Below, piece by piece: positions 11,255 to 23,659 of a DNA stretch of 64,000 bases. The DNA is from Vicugna vicugna (taxonomy: Eukaryota). The number at the start of each line of letters is the position of its first letter. Position 1 is the first letter of the stretch. The notes below the pieces were generated by a model. It was not told the origin of the DNA. It saw only the letters and a program-made list of their open reading frames with translations, and did not search any database. The position numbers were made by a program, and so were the translations under genes. Where the stretch lies: assembly GCA_013265495.1 (NCBI GenBank), contig MU058636.1, forward strand, positions 2,963,967-3,027,966. The letters are read 5' to 3'.

Positions 11255-14100
11255 TACAACAGATGAAGAAAGTTTTAATTTCTTTTCACATTAAACATTG
11301 TTTACCACAATCAGCTAACAGAAATTATTGTAACATTGGTCAAGATGACATAAAATTAAGGATAAATGTTATGAGAAAACCTCATTTAATGCAAATGATG
11401 ATGTTAGATACTGTATTTTCCATGACAAGATACAAGGTATCTTGAAAAGAAAGCAAATAATTCAGATCAAGGAGACATGCAGAGGTTTTAATGAAGAAAA
11501 AAAGCTTTGCCTTTTCCAGAACACTTAACATTTAGGAAATTTAGGTAAGAGATGAATTAAACCCCAGCGCCGGGCAAGGTCACAGGCCTGTAACTCAGGC
11601 TCTGTTTACAGGACTGGATCTCTGCAGCTCTCACCTTTCGGAGAGTGAGCTGTTGTTTTTGGCAGAGGGATCGCTGATAGGAAGGAGCCTTGGATATGAT
11701 CAACCATCAGGCAGGCCCAGGAACTATTTTCAAAGGGAAAGTTGAGTATTTTCACGTATATACTATTAAGGCATCTAAATTTTTGGTGTTTTCAGTATAT
11801 AATTTTACTGCTACTTTTTATTCTTCTGTTCATTTTGCACAACAATGATACTAGGAATTAAGTGACATAATTCTTTCTCTACAAATAAACCAGTTTATCC
11901 AATTTGCAGACTCTGAATTGAGGTCTTCTGAAGGGAAATTTATAACGTGGGAACACACAGGAAAATATATTGAAAACCAATAGAGAATATTGTTAACCAT
12001 CATAGAATTTCAATCATAATTAACTATAGTCTTTAACTTTGGAAAAACAGAAGAGTACTTAGAATTAAAATAGGTATTAAAAATAACTACCAGTAGTTCG
12101 TATTAGGAAAGAATACAGCCATAAATGGCTTAATTGCCCCATTAAGTAACTACCAGATTCTTCTTTAGTCGACACTAACAGAATTCACACTTGAGCTAGT
12201 CAACAAAGCATATAAATATTTAACATCCCTTGAATAGAACGTCTTAGTGATAACAGAGACTATGTAATTCTAACCATTGTCGTGACTGTGCACAAATTAA
12301 CCAAGTTAAATATCAAAGATACACTGGGAATCCTCCCAAAACTAACGAAAGACTATTACACAAATTTTTAAAAGATTCAAAAATAAAATAGAACACAATT
12401 TTAACATGGATGAGACAGTGTTCAAACAATTATCAACCTAATCAAGACCTTTAAAGTTACCACCAAAATGCACTACAGTATTTTTTTAATTTAGTTTACA
12501 GAAAGACTCTATAAGTACAGGTTGCAGAAAAGAAAATGTTTAATGCTATTTACATTCATTTTAAAACTCTGCTCTATACAAATTTAATTCTGATCAGTAT
12601 GAACAGTGTTTTCGTAGATCTACTGCATATAAAGCCTCTTCATCAAAGCATTAACAATGAATAAAGTAATCTGATTACCTTTAAACAAAGCTGACCATTT
12701 GAAACCATTTACACTTACTATTTGTAAGGGCTGTGGACATTTATTTCAGTACAGAACATAATGTCAACCTGCAACTTCATTTTTATAAAGGCTAAAGTTA
12801 TTTATATGGAATATTGTTCTATATACTACACGCCAATCTATATTTAAGTTCTATAGTTAGGTATTTTATAAGTTTTTTTATTAAATATATTCTACACATA
12901 TCTGAAATTTCATCCAGGAAGAATTTCTTCCCAGTGAAAAAATATAAAATCTTTTATTTTATTTTTTTTTTTTACAGATTTAGATGAAACTAGCTCATGC
13001 TTTAGTGCTGTGCAAATTGTTTTTAGCATATCAATTTTTAAATTATTGGTACAAACAAAAGAATGACATCCCTAATCATGTATGCCTTAAAAAACTGTCT
13101 TTTAATTTTAATACAACTGCAAGCACTAATACGAAATGCAAACTACATAAAGAAATGAAATTAGTACTATGGAGAATTTTTTAATTTTAAGAATTCATCT
13201 GAACTTTCTAATGAGTGTGACACTGGACACAGAGATGAGTAGTAATTATGGAAAATTTCAATTTGCTATTATTCAAATACATAAAAGTGACCGATAAATG
13301 AGGTTTTCTAATATTTCTGCACATGGAAGTCTACGAGTGACTGGACTTGACCCCCGCATTAAGGCTAGGACACGCGCTCTCACCCCTTTTTGTGCTGTGT
13401 GAACAAGCCCGCCGTTACTGTCTGACTTGAGTGCACGTGTTATAGGAAAAACAATTAGTTTCATCAGCCTCTACTGAGTACTTTAAACAACAGGCACATT
13501 TTGCTTTTTCATTGTCGCAGTGAAAATAGTCACACTCAGTTTAGGATTCTGTGCCAGTGCAGCCACCACGGCTGAGTTTTTCTCCATTTTTTTCCTCTCC
13601 AGTTGGCCCAGTAATTAACTTCATTAATTGCTGAGTGTCTTCCAGTGTGAATTTGTATATATGATCATTCCTAGGTACCATAAACCATATAATAAATTCT
13701 GCTGATGAAGAAAATAATGCCAATCTTTTTTAGTGCAAACTGCATTTGGAACACTTGATTTGTTAGTTCTGGTGATGGCAATTTTTGCGGCAGCAAAATG
13801 GTTTCTGTTATGAAAGATAACTTGTTAACTTTTCCCCTGGAGATTGACTTGCATTCAAAAACCAAATATTTAAAAACTGCTCAACATAAACAAAGACACT
13901 AGAAATAAAAAAATTATAGTGAAAAATGTTCTTGGTTCTTTTACTTTCATGAGAAAAGATGACAGTGTTCACATGATAGTTTGGGTCCATGGATTTACAG
14001 GCGGACTCTGCCTAAAGGTTTCTGAAGCCACGTCGGGTCTCCTCTGCCCCAGCAGCGTGAAAGACAAGGACCACATCACAGCACGCCTGGCAGACGGCAT
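11255..14100 (-). other. UBL3: UBL3 3'UTR (~2.85 kb; distal end approximate)
   Basis: AT-rich stretch with no recognisable transposons, following the stop codon. It carries several miRNA-seed and PRE motifs and ends near ATTAAA followed by U/GU-rich sequence. Confidence 0.75.
11274..11279 (-). terminator. Probable distal polyadenylation signal ATTAAA of UBL3
   Basis: The minus strand reads ...gaaATTAAAactttcttcatctgttgtagaatatttcccttctttc. This is a hexamer followed by a U/GU-rich downstream element, near the compositional boundary. Confidence 0.6.
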
Positions 14101-14153
14101 TTACAGGATTACGCAACAGTTACTCTCACCAGTCTTTTCCCGATTCCTCTGAC
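14101..14153 (-). CDS. UBL3: UBL3 last coding exon (exon 5), (G)QRNREKTGESNCCVIL-stop; C-terminal CAAX box CVIL
   Basis: Acceptor ttttcctag|GT, TAA stop at 14103-14101. The CCVIL terminus is the known UBL3 prenylation motif. Confidence 0.97.
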
Positions 14154-14456
14154 CTAGGAAAAACGAAGAAAGGCCTTGTTTATAAAAATGCTTGAGGAAA
14201 GGGGAGGTACCCGAACCATAATAAGAAACAGAGACTTTTTTTTTTGGAATGCTTGCATTTTTTTAAATTAAAAAGCTATAATAAATACTCTTTTAATTTC
14301 AGTCTGTTTTCAAAATATTTGGTTGTTTTTTTTAACAAGCTCTATTCATAAACTACGAAAACTTCCTTTCTCTTAGAATATCCAAGAAAAACCGAGGCAG
14401 ATTTAAATGCCTGTCCCTGGGGCTCAAGTGAGAAACTTCTCCAGGGGGTGGCTTAC

Positions 14457-14534
14457 CTTGAGAGTTTGGCTCTGGTAACGTCTCTCTGGCCACCAAATGC
14501 ATCACTGTTGTTTTGCCAAAAGGAAGTTTTAATG
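14457..14534 (-). CDS. UBL3: UBL3 coding exon (exon 4), (A)LKLPFGKTTVMHLVARETLPEPNSQ
   Basis: The peptide is visible inside ORF 14353..14643. Acceptor ttttcacatag|CA, donor AAG|gtaagc, 78 bp. Confidence 0.97.
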
Positions 14535-15044
14535 CTATGTGAAAAGTAGAACACAATTTGTTACATATACATCGATCCACTGAAAGCACTAACCAGCACT
14601 GAAACCATTTAAAAACTGATGGTCTTTTGTTTGACTTCATCAACAGATGGAACGTCTTATTGGATAGAGTATCTCTTACAAAATGAGATTAGGTTAATGG
14701 TATCAGAAACAATTCCTACAATTCAGAAATTATTTAGCTGTGGCTGTCAGTCTGACACATACATACATACTGTTTAAGGGGACAAGAGAAAATACACAGT
14801 TGGTTAATACTGGAGATAATCTTTAAAGGAGAGAAGGAATTTAAAAAAATTTTTTCTAAATTAGGGGAAAGTTTAGATTAAGAGATATTTTGTTTCTAAA
14901 CCTAATTATAATCACATAATAAAATTTCTGCACCAGACAGGCCACTCTGATGTAGAAATAGAAAAAAATGACAAACTTAATTTTAAACACTTATTCTCAA
15001 TTAGAAAATAATCTTAAAAAGGCTACTTTAAAAGACTCACTGTC

Positions 15045-15090
15045 TTGAAATTAACACATTGTACATCGACTATACTTAAATTAAAAAAAA
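15045..15090 (+). mobile_element. Extremely 5'-truncated L1 3' tip with target-site duplication
   Basis: Homologous to the L1 end at 6001-6047. Flanked by aaaagactcactgtc (15030-15044) and aaaagaatcactatc (15087-15101). Confidence 0.8.
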
Positions 15091-15782
15091 GAATCACTAT
15101 CGGCATTATTAGTAATCACTGTTTTCTAGTCAAGTCTTTAAGAGGTTTTCCTCATTCATATGTAACAAAAAAATGTTATTCTGAACTATTTCAGACAAAG
15201 AGTAACAGAGCACACACCCATGTGTCCATGAACCATCTGAGCGAAAGTTTCAGGGTAAATCCATTTGTCACAGTGAATAAAGTTAGGAGCGGCCGGTACA
15301 TCTTGTAGAATTATCTCCATAGTCGTGATGCTTTAGTTCTGACATCTCAGACTACTCTCTCTTCACCAACTATGAACCTAAGGTGGCCCTGGCTCATTAC
15401 TTAGCAAGTATGGCCCCCACCGCTACCTGCTTTTTAAATCTTGCTCTACAGGATGATGGCTAACAAGAGCCTGATTATCTTCAAGGTTACTAATATGTCA
15501 CACAATCAAGGGGAGTTTCCGTCTTATGTAAAAAAAAATGGCCAGCCATTATTTGGTCTATTCTCTTAACTTCCGAAGTTCAATTTAATGTGATGACCCA
15601 AAATGCACATTAGGTTGAGAAAAGGAGGAGGATCTTTATTGGATAATCTCCTAGGCCTGATTTAACACTGAAATGCAAACAAGACTTTATATTATTAAAA
15701 CTTTCACTACATGTATTGAGAAAGCCTGACTGAATTTACAATCTCTACATACCAAGCTGGTACCACTCTCAGACTACCTTCC

Positions 15783-16010
15783 TGACTCTAGGAAGCCAGA
15801 CCTGGGTTTACAGTCATGTCTCTGCTACTTACTGACCAGAAGATGAGTTGTTGACCCCTCCCTACGCCTCAGTTTCCTCCACCTAAGCTGGAGACAGTAG
15901 TTCCATCACCTGTACCTTGCTGTTGTATTGGTTAAACAAAACAATCCAAGGAAAGGGCTTACCTCAGGGCTTGACACAAAAAAGCAATCCATCAGTATTA
16001 CCATGATCAT
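15783..16010 (+). mobile_element. MIR SINE
   Basis: 'gccagacctgggttt...ctctgctacttact...gcctcagtttcctc' MIR core. Confidence 0.75.
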
Positions 16011-16912
16011 TATTACCATCATCTTTTTGAGAAGCAAGGAAAATGGATCTCAGAGAACAGGTAAGTGAACTGAAGGGTAAACTCAGAGAAACCCTGGACA
16101 GACCTAGGAAGCTGCGGAGGGGCTGACCACGGGAAGCTACAAATCGGACTGATGGGACCGTCACTGTTCTTCTCCACCTGAATATCAGCTGGAAATGGTA
16201 GATACTGAGACTGACCCTGTCAAAGAAGGTAAAGGAAGAGGGAGACAGGAATCCGAGATGCCTTCTCTCTCCTTCACTGTGTGCTTCTGCTTCCTACTGT
16301 GACGCTGCACAGAATACAGAACAGAGATTTTCACCCTTTACATAAAAATCACTGGTGATTTCAAATCGGTAGTGGATTGGGAGATGGGGGAGGTGAGGGT
16401 GGGCATGCGGAAATTTGCATTTATAAAGAAATATCTCAGGCCCACAGGGTTACACACACACAGCAAGTCTCACAGGCTTTCTCCACACGAGCCACTCCAG
16501 CACAGGACCCTATGTGCCGTCTCCTTTATAATCCACATTCAAGAATACAGGGACACAAAAGAAAAACAGTGACCAAAAAACCACAAATAGCTGAAAGTTA
16601 TTACCTAGATTCATGGATCAACTTGAAAGGTCTAGGTTACACTTCTAGACTATTTGTCTAAATCACTACAACCAGAAATGATTTGTTTTAATTTTGAAAA
16701 GACTGAGAGCAACACAGAATGCCAATAATAATATAAGTCAATCTGTTAATCATTCGAAAACAAACTCCCCCCCCCAAAACAAGTTGATTTCAACACAAAT
16801 TCTATGATTTTTAATATGAAATTGGAACTTTGAGGCCACAACAGAAAGGTAATTAAAGAATTAAGTTGGTGAGGAATTGCTCACTTGGATCAACACTCAA
16901 AGGGAAATGGAG

Positions 16913-17068
16913 GGGCAGAGGGGATAGCTCAGTGGTGGAGCGCATGCTTAGCATGCATGAAGTCCTGGATTCAATCCCTAGTACCTCCATGAAAAAATAA
17001 AATACAAATAAATAAAAAGAAATAAACCCTAATTACTTCTCTCCCCCCAAAAACATTAAAAAAATAAA
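16913..17068 (+). mobile_element. tRNA-Ala-derived SINE (camelid Vic-1-like)
   Basis: tRNA-like head with A and B boxes, A-rich tail, and a perfect 14-bp TSD aaagggaaatggag (16899-16912 and 17069-17082). Confidence 0.92.
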
Positions 17069-17804
17069 AAAGGGAAATGGAGTCTCAAGACTCACTCATA
17101 TAGTCAAACAGATTAATAAATTCAATCAACATTTACTGATCAACATCACAAGAGCTTATGAGACACAGATGATCAAAAAAGGATTAAAATATGGCCTCAT
17201 CCTTAATGAATGCACAATATAGCCATATATTAAGAGTTGTCCATGGAACTACACAAAGAGCGATAAAAAACTACAACCCCCCAAAGTTGTATTTGAACAG
17301 CAGATATCTCATAGCAGATAGCATCACCTTTCAGACCAGGGTTATCACCGCCACCAGAACCTGTGTTAAATTACATACTGAAATGTTCTCCCTGATATTG
17401 TCATAATAATCATTTGCAATCATCTACTCCAGCCCTTGTCACACGGTATTTAAGTGAATTTTATCTGTGTCTACTATGTAATACTAGAGCACAATGAAGG
17501 AAGAAATGCCACCTCATTCAGCCCTGTATCTCCAACTTAGTACAGTGTTGTTCATAAGAAATAAATATATGCTCAAAGAATCAATGAATGAGTGAAAATA
17601 TTCTACTCAAGGAAAAAAAGATTAAACATTTCATTGTTAGGTTTAGAGAAAAAAGACTATATTTAACAAAGATATATTAAAGTAGATCATTTCACTTGCC
17701 TATAAATTTCTAATTATAGTAACATACTGCTGATAGTAGAAAACATATCCCCCATAAGGGGGTGCTACTGAGCTACATTTCTTCATCCACATATAAAGAG
17801 TAGC

Positions 17805-18060
17805 AACAGCTAACAATGAAAAGTGTTTAATATGTGCCCAGCACTGTTCTAAGTGCTTCGAATATATAAACTAATTTAACCCTCCCAATCTGTGAGGTAG
17901 GCACTAGTGTCATCCCAATTTACTGATGAGCAAACGAGGACAAAAAGCAGTGAAATAAGTTGCTCAAGGTGACAGAGCTAGCAAGTGGTAGAGCTAAGAT
18001 ACAACTTGGGCAGTCTGGCTCTAAAATCTGCTCTCTCAGTCACTATAATACACTGCTTCT
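17805..18060 (-). mobile_element. Near full-length MIR SINE
   Basis: Reverse-complement MIR: 'tatgtgcccagcactgttctaagtgct...aagttgctcaaggtgacagagctagcaagtggtagagc...ggcagtctggctct'. Confidence 0.85.
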
Positions 18061-18482
18061 CTAACATTACTTTTACCTTTATTCCTGCATGATCGGCAAT
18101 TGTACCAGTTAAAGTCAAACTGAAAACATCTCTTCATTATTATATTTAAAAATCAATTATCATAAACTTTTCCTAGTTTGTGTGTCTGGTTTCAATGTAA
18201 AAATATCACATGTAAATTATATTATCCAGAAGTACAATTACATTTATAAAATAATAGTATGGACACCCATCTTATAATGGCTTAGAGTTTATTTTACAAG
18301 ATAATAAACACGTAACTGTAGTGCTAAAATTAAACAGAATGCAGAATGTAAGATAGTAGACATATCAAAAACTAGGAAAAATTCATAGTTTGAAATATTT
18401 TTTAGTAAAATCAGACATTGGCATTTAAACAAACAATGTTGCCATGAGAGGCATTAAATCTCATTATAAAGGTGAATATTAC

Positions 18483-18569
18483 CTCCTAATGTGACATTTC
18501 CATGTAGAAATCGTCCTTGATAAATAAGGCGTAGAATATTTGGACTGCTGACCTGCTCTTCTTCCCAGT
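18483..18569 (-). CDS. UBL3: UBL3 coding exon (exon 3), (D)WEEEQVSSPNILRLIYQGRFLHGNVTLG
   Basis: Contains the ubiquitin-fold LRLIYQGRFL motif. Acceptor ttcttttcag|AC, donor GAG|gtaata, 87 bp, phase 1-1 and compatible with neighbouring exons. Confidence 0.97.
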
Positions 18570-20089
18570 CTGAAAAGAACCAGGGAATTGTTAGGAGTAT
18601 TTCACACAAAATTAAGGTATTACTACACTGTTCTGAAATTCAGATCCAAGCCAGATAGAACAACATCAGAGAAGGCACTTGGAGCTTCCCAATAACTGGA
18701 AAAGTCACTACTCCTGAAATCACTGCAGCCTTGGTTCTTGCTAGTTCTTCTCATTAAATAGCAAGAGCTGAAGAAAGACTAGTTTTTGCTTCTTAAAGCT
18801 TACTAAAATGTGCCCAAATGTAGTCCTGAAGTTTAAAAATTAAAACAAATGAGTTGGGAAAAAGCCAATCCTAGTAAAAAAAAAAAAAGTCAGTTGAAAA
18901 TCAATTGTAAATACCACTAATTAACAGAAAATATTATAATGTTCCAGTATTTGTACCTGTTAGGCTCACAATAGGTTTAACAGATTTTTAAAAGAATATA
19001 CTGATGCAGAGTGTAACAAAAAATTATACCTCAATAACTAGAGAATAAAAATTTCAAACACAGAATAACAACAACAAAAAAAACCCCACAGTAGTTACTT
19101 TTGGATAATGTTGATTTGTACGTTATTTTTTTAAGCCAACTGATAAATACTACAGAAAATACAACTTCAGTTCACTTTACCCAAAATACTCAGAAGAAAC
19201 TCGAAAAATAATATATATTAGGAGGTACTATACAAATATGGAATCTAGAATAGTGTACACATAAAATCAGAAGACAAACTGGTGGGCAGGATGAGTAAGA
19301 GAGTATTTCATTTTAGTGTATAACTTACATTACAGTAAAATTTGAAATGATTCTGTTAAAATAATGCTTTGAGGACACTGGTTACCATGGCAGGGTATGG
19401 GGTTAGTAATTTTCACTAGCTTGCAAATATAATAATCTAAGCTCTGATTTTGATAAAGATTTGAGAATTCCACCATCATCTTTCTCAGGAATTCTAGTAA
19501 TCGTGTGTCTGTTTTCTACAGAAGCTCCTATTATTAGGAGGTGACAACCATCAACACAAAAGTCAGTTTAAAATGGCCTGAAGAGCGAGTGCCAGAAGAG
19601 AAAGGAGGTAAATAAAGCACTTTTCCTCTTGCCTTTTTCTGAGTGTTCAAAATGATGAACATGAATTTGATAAAACCTGTGCTTCTCAGTGACTTGGCAA
19701 AACAGAAAAGGGCAGAGGAGAAAAGGATCTCAGTGGTTCTCTGCCAGGTCCTGTGCCCCCTGCCCTGTCCCTCCCTCCCCTGGGAAGCCGTTGTTGCCTT
19801 CTGACTCAGTGCTCCGAGGTCCCTCTTCTAGAAGAAAGATCAAGTTAAGTCACCAGCACTTTTGTATGAATTACTTTGAATTCACCATACCCGAAATTAT
19901 TGTTTAATAGAATATTTCTTTATTTTCCCTTTAGCATTGTTAGTTTTATTTTGTCATGATAATTTCTACCTAATCTAATTTTACTCGGGTCAAACTTTAT
20001 TTTGTGTTAAATGTCCTCTGTGTTAAAATGCCAGAATTAAAATATTTTGCTATAAATCTTCTTTTATAAAAAACAATTTTTATTCAATT

Positions 20090-20885
20090 CATTTTAACTA
20101 AAAAAAAACAAAGTTTACCCATCTCTCCCACATACCCTCCTCCCTACCTCTTGCAGCCACCAATCTGTTCTCTGTATCTAAGAGCTTGGCTTTTTTTTTT
20201 TTTAATTCCATATATAAGAGAGATCATCTGGTATTCATTTGTCTCTGTTTGACTTATTTCACTTAGCGTAATGCCTCCAGGTCCGTCCATGTTGTTGCAA
20301 ATGGCAACTTCACTATTCTTCTATGGCTGAATAATATTCCATTGTGTGTATGTGTATCACAATTTCATTATCCATTTATCCACTAATGGGAACTCAGGTT
20401 GCTTCCATACCTTGGCTGTTGTAAATAAAGCTGCGATGGACATAGGTGCGCATATATCTTTTTGAATTAGTGTTCTGATTTTCTTCACGTAAATACCCAG
20501 AAGCAGAATTGCTGGATCATATAGTACTTCTATTTCTAATTTTTTAAGAAATCGCCATACTGTTTTCCATAATGGATGCACCGATTAAATTGGTTTCTTT
20601 TTTCCCACATCCTCACCAACACTTGCTATTTCTTATCTTTTTTATAACAGTCTTCAGAACAGGTGTGAGGTGACATCTCACTGTGATTTTGATTTACATT
20701 TCCCTGATGGTTAATGATGTTGAGCATCTTTTCATGCGCCTGTTTGTCATCTGTATGTCTTCTTTGGAAAAATGTCTATTCAGATCTTCTGCTCATTTTA
20801 AAACTGGGTTGTTTGTTTGTTTTGCTGTTGAATTGTATGAGTTCCTTATATATTTTAGATATTAGCTCCTTATCAGGTATATGAA
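20090..20885 (-). mobile_element. L1 fragment (ORF2 C-terminus and 3'UTR), sense to UBL3
   Basis: ORF 20357..20581 LWKTVWRFLKKLEIEVLYDPAILLLGIY is the L1 ORF2 C-terminal signature. Confidence 0.92.
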
Positions 20886-22072
20886 TATTCCTGGTCAAGA
20901 TGGCAGTGTCCCATAGATATAAAGACAAATGACAGTAACTGTCTGATTCACAGGGAAAAAAATTCTAAAAATATTTAAGGTATTTTTTGAGATGCAGAAA
21001 TTTAAAGCCATATATTTCATTATATTATATAGAGTGTCATGATTTCCATGTGCTTCTTTGGTTTAATACACTATCTCCCTTCCTCTCTCAGAGGATCTGA
21101 AATTTAGAGAGACCTATTGAAGAACAATGCTTAGAGGAGGAATTTCAGCTACTAGCAACATACACTTAATGGGTTATTTTTTTGGACCTCTGACCCGATA
21201 ACAGCTGTGTGGCTGACTAATCCATCTATTAACAATATTCTTCTAAGATGCCCAAGAGTATACCAAGAAAACAAAATCCTTCCAAAAGTACATTGCACAA
21301 AGTATCTCCTTCCACTGATGTAATATTCACTAGACTTTTATTATTAGCACCAATATTTACATTTGCTGACCTTTACTGCATTATGGATACAATATAGACC
21401 AAGGTTTTTAACTTAAATATTTTATATAAAAGAAAATTAAATTATTTATTTTTATTTTCTGCAGTGTCTTAAAATTGCTGAATAGAACTGGCAAATTGAG
21501 GAAAGCCTGGGTTCAAAAGCTTTTTTTATGAAAACAAGTAATGCAGAATTGACACAATCAATTTCCAACACTGGTAGATGACGGTTCATTCGTTTGGGAA
21601 ACTGTTTATGGTAAAGATCTGCACTTGGGTCTTACCTTTGTTTAACCATTAATCAGGATATTTTAAGGAATTAATATTAATTTTAATCTAAGTCAAACAA
21701 TTATGAAGGTAGAAGTATTTCTTTTAACTCTAGTTATAATGTAACCTTTTACAGTTATGGTAATCTTTTCTGTAATATGTGTAGATGTCTCCACCTCTAC
21801 AAAAATCACAGAAGTAATCTTTTATACTTAGTACAACAGCACTATCAGACATTTTTAAATGTTTTTCATACTGTTAGTTATCTATCCTGCCTGCCTATGA
21901 AGAAAATCCAATATTCTAAGAGCCCAAGTTTAGTTTACTTCAGCTTTTCTGAGATTCCTTCTTATTTATAACTCTTAGCCTCAGTCTCTTCCTGATTTAA
22001 GAACTAGCACTGACCTGTCCCTTGGTGACTGTGGGAAGAAAGAGCCAGTCATTTCAAAGTGTTTGTCTAAAT

Positions 22073-22760
22073 CAGCGTTTCTTAAACTCAGGTCTATGAA
22101 TTCACAAAAATATGTTCTTATGGTCTGAAAGTCCTCTTCAAGAGCTTTTAGATTGTGTTTTCATTTTAATGATAATCTGGAAGAGATTATATAGATAAAT
22201 CAAATAATTACCTTATAACCAAGTACAGCCGTGGGATTTTAGTGCCCACGTATGCATGTATGATAGTGCTGGTGCCAAGCAGTACTTCTTTAATTGTCAA
22301 GAGGTTAACAAGAAAAGAACAGAGGTCGACTTAATACATAAATGATGCATTCTTGCTAAGTGAAGGCTGAATGACAATTTGGTGGAGTGTGTGAATGAAG
22401 GTTCTGTGGTGAATTCACAGATAACTGGGTTCTCATACAGCAAGCAGCAGCAGAGGCATGCCAGACTCAACAGCACCACAGTCACGGTGCAAGCAGCGAG
22501 TTGATTTTAGCAAAAATACATCATGTGGCACATTAAAATTGTTAATTTGACCATTACTGGTTTTAGAGTTGCATTTGCATTTTCTTTGTAGATCTGTTTT
22601 AGTTTTATGGTTGTATACAAGTTAATAAGGATAAACACTTACTTGAGTTTTATGTCTCTATCTGATGTAATGTTTATTTTTAAAGTCAGCACTAGGGAAT
22701 CTACAAGAATATTCTTCCTCTAAAAGAGCTCCATATATTATTTTAGGGTGAGAAACACTG
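22073..22760. mobile_element. hAT-Charlie-type non-autonomous DNA transposon
   Basis: Terminal inverted repeats cagcgtttct... and ...agaaacactg, with degenerate 8-bp TSD gtctaaat / atctaatt (NTCTAGAN-like). Confidence 0.7.
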
Positions 22761-23550
22761 ATCTAATTGATTTATTTTGTATACACTGTGTTCTCTCTTA
22801 AAACAAGTCTTGTCCTTTAAAAGTCCCAACTGCATTGGCTAGTAAAATTAAGTGAAATCAGCTGGAACAGTCATATCACTACAGTACATGCCATTAAAAG
22901 AGTCAAGATGACTTGGGGAAAGTTCAAAAAAAAAACATAAGCTAAAGACTCACTTGAGGATGGCAAGACAGTCTTACTGCACAGCAAAGAACCAGAGAAA
23001 TTAAGAAATACCATACACACACCCTGCAAAAACTTTTGTCTGTCATGATACTGGCTGGAAAATCCAAAGCATAAATGGATTTTATACCTTCTTGACTTTG
23101 TAGCAGTTCAGAGAACACATGAAGTGACATGAATTAGAAATTAACTTTGTGTCAAACTCAATTTTAAATAGGCCATGTATAGAACAGAGCAAAGAAAGGA
23201 TAATTTGTTAAAGATAGTTTTTCTTTCCTTTCACTTTATGTTTTGGTATAAATAGGGTTACTGCTACGAGAGTGTGTGCTAGTTATTTTGCGTTTTCTTT
23301 TACATTAAAACAGCTCTAAGGCCAAACAGGGACTTGATGCACTGGCTCCTCTACCATTTGCCTGTGAGGAAGCAGAAGAGCAAAACCCAGGGAAGGATGC
23401 AGCCACCCCTACTTTTTAAGCCTTATACCCTCAATCATTTGTTTGTTCTTTTATATTTTATTTACTTACAACTTGTTCAAAATGTTTGTGAAAAAAGGTA
23501 GGGCACAAAGAATTAACGTTACTTATTTTTAAGAGAAAAACTCCACTCAC

Positions 23551-23659
23551 CCATTGGCCAGTTGTCATACACATGCTTCGCAATGTCAGAGGCAGAATCA
23601 TTAGGAGAAAACAGGAACTCTTTTGTTTTCCCACTTACCAAGATGAGACGCAAATTTAT
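23551..23659 (-). CDS. UBL3: UBL3 coding exon (exon 2), INLRLILVSGKTKEFLFSPNDSASDIAKHVYDNWPM+G
   Basis: Manual translation matches the N-terminal half of mammalian UBL3 as I recall it. Acceptor ctttcag|ATA, donor G|gtgagt, 109 bp, begins in phase 0. Confidence 0.97.

Noticed and set aside
16913..16990. Apparent tRNA-Ala(AGC) genes (also at ~30515, ~40855 and ~42763)
   Set aside because: Each has a shared non-tRNA 3' extension, an A-rich tail and a TSD, with stem mismatches. They are SINE copies, not tRNA genes.
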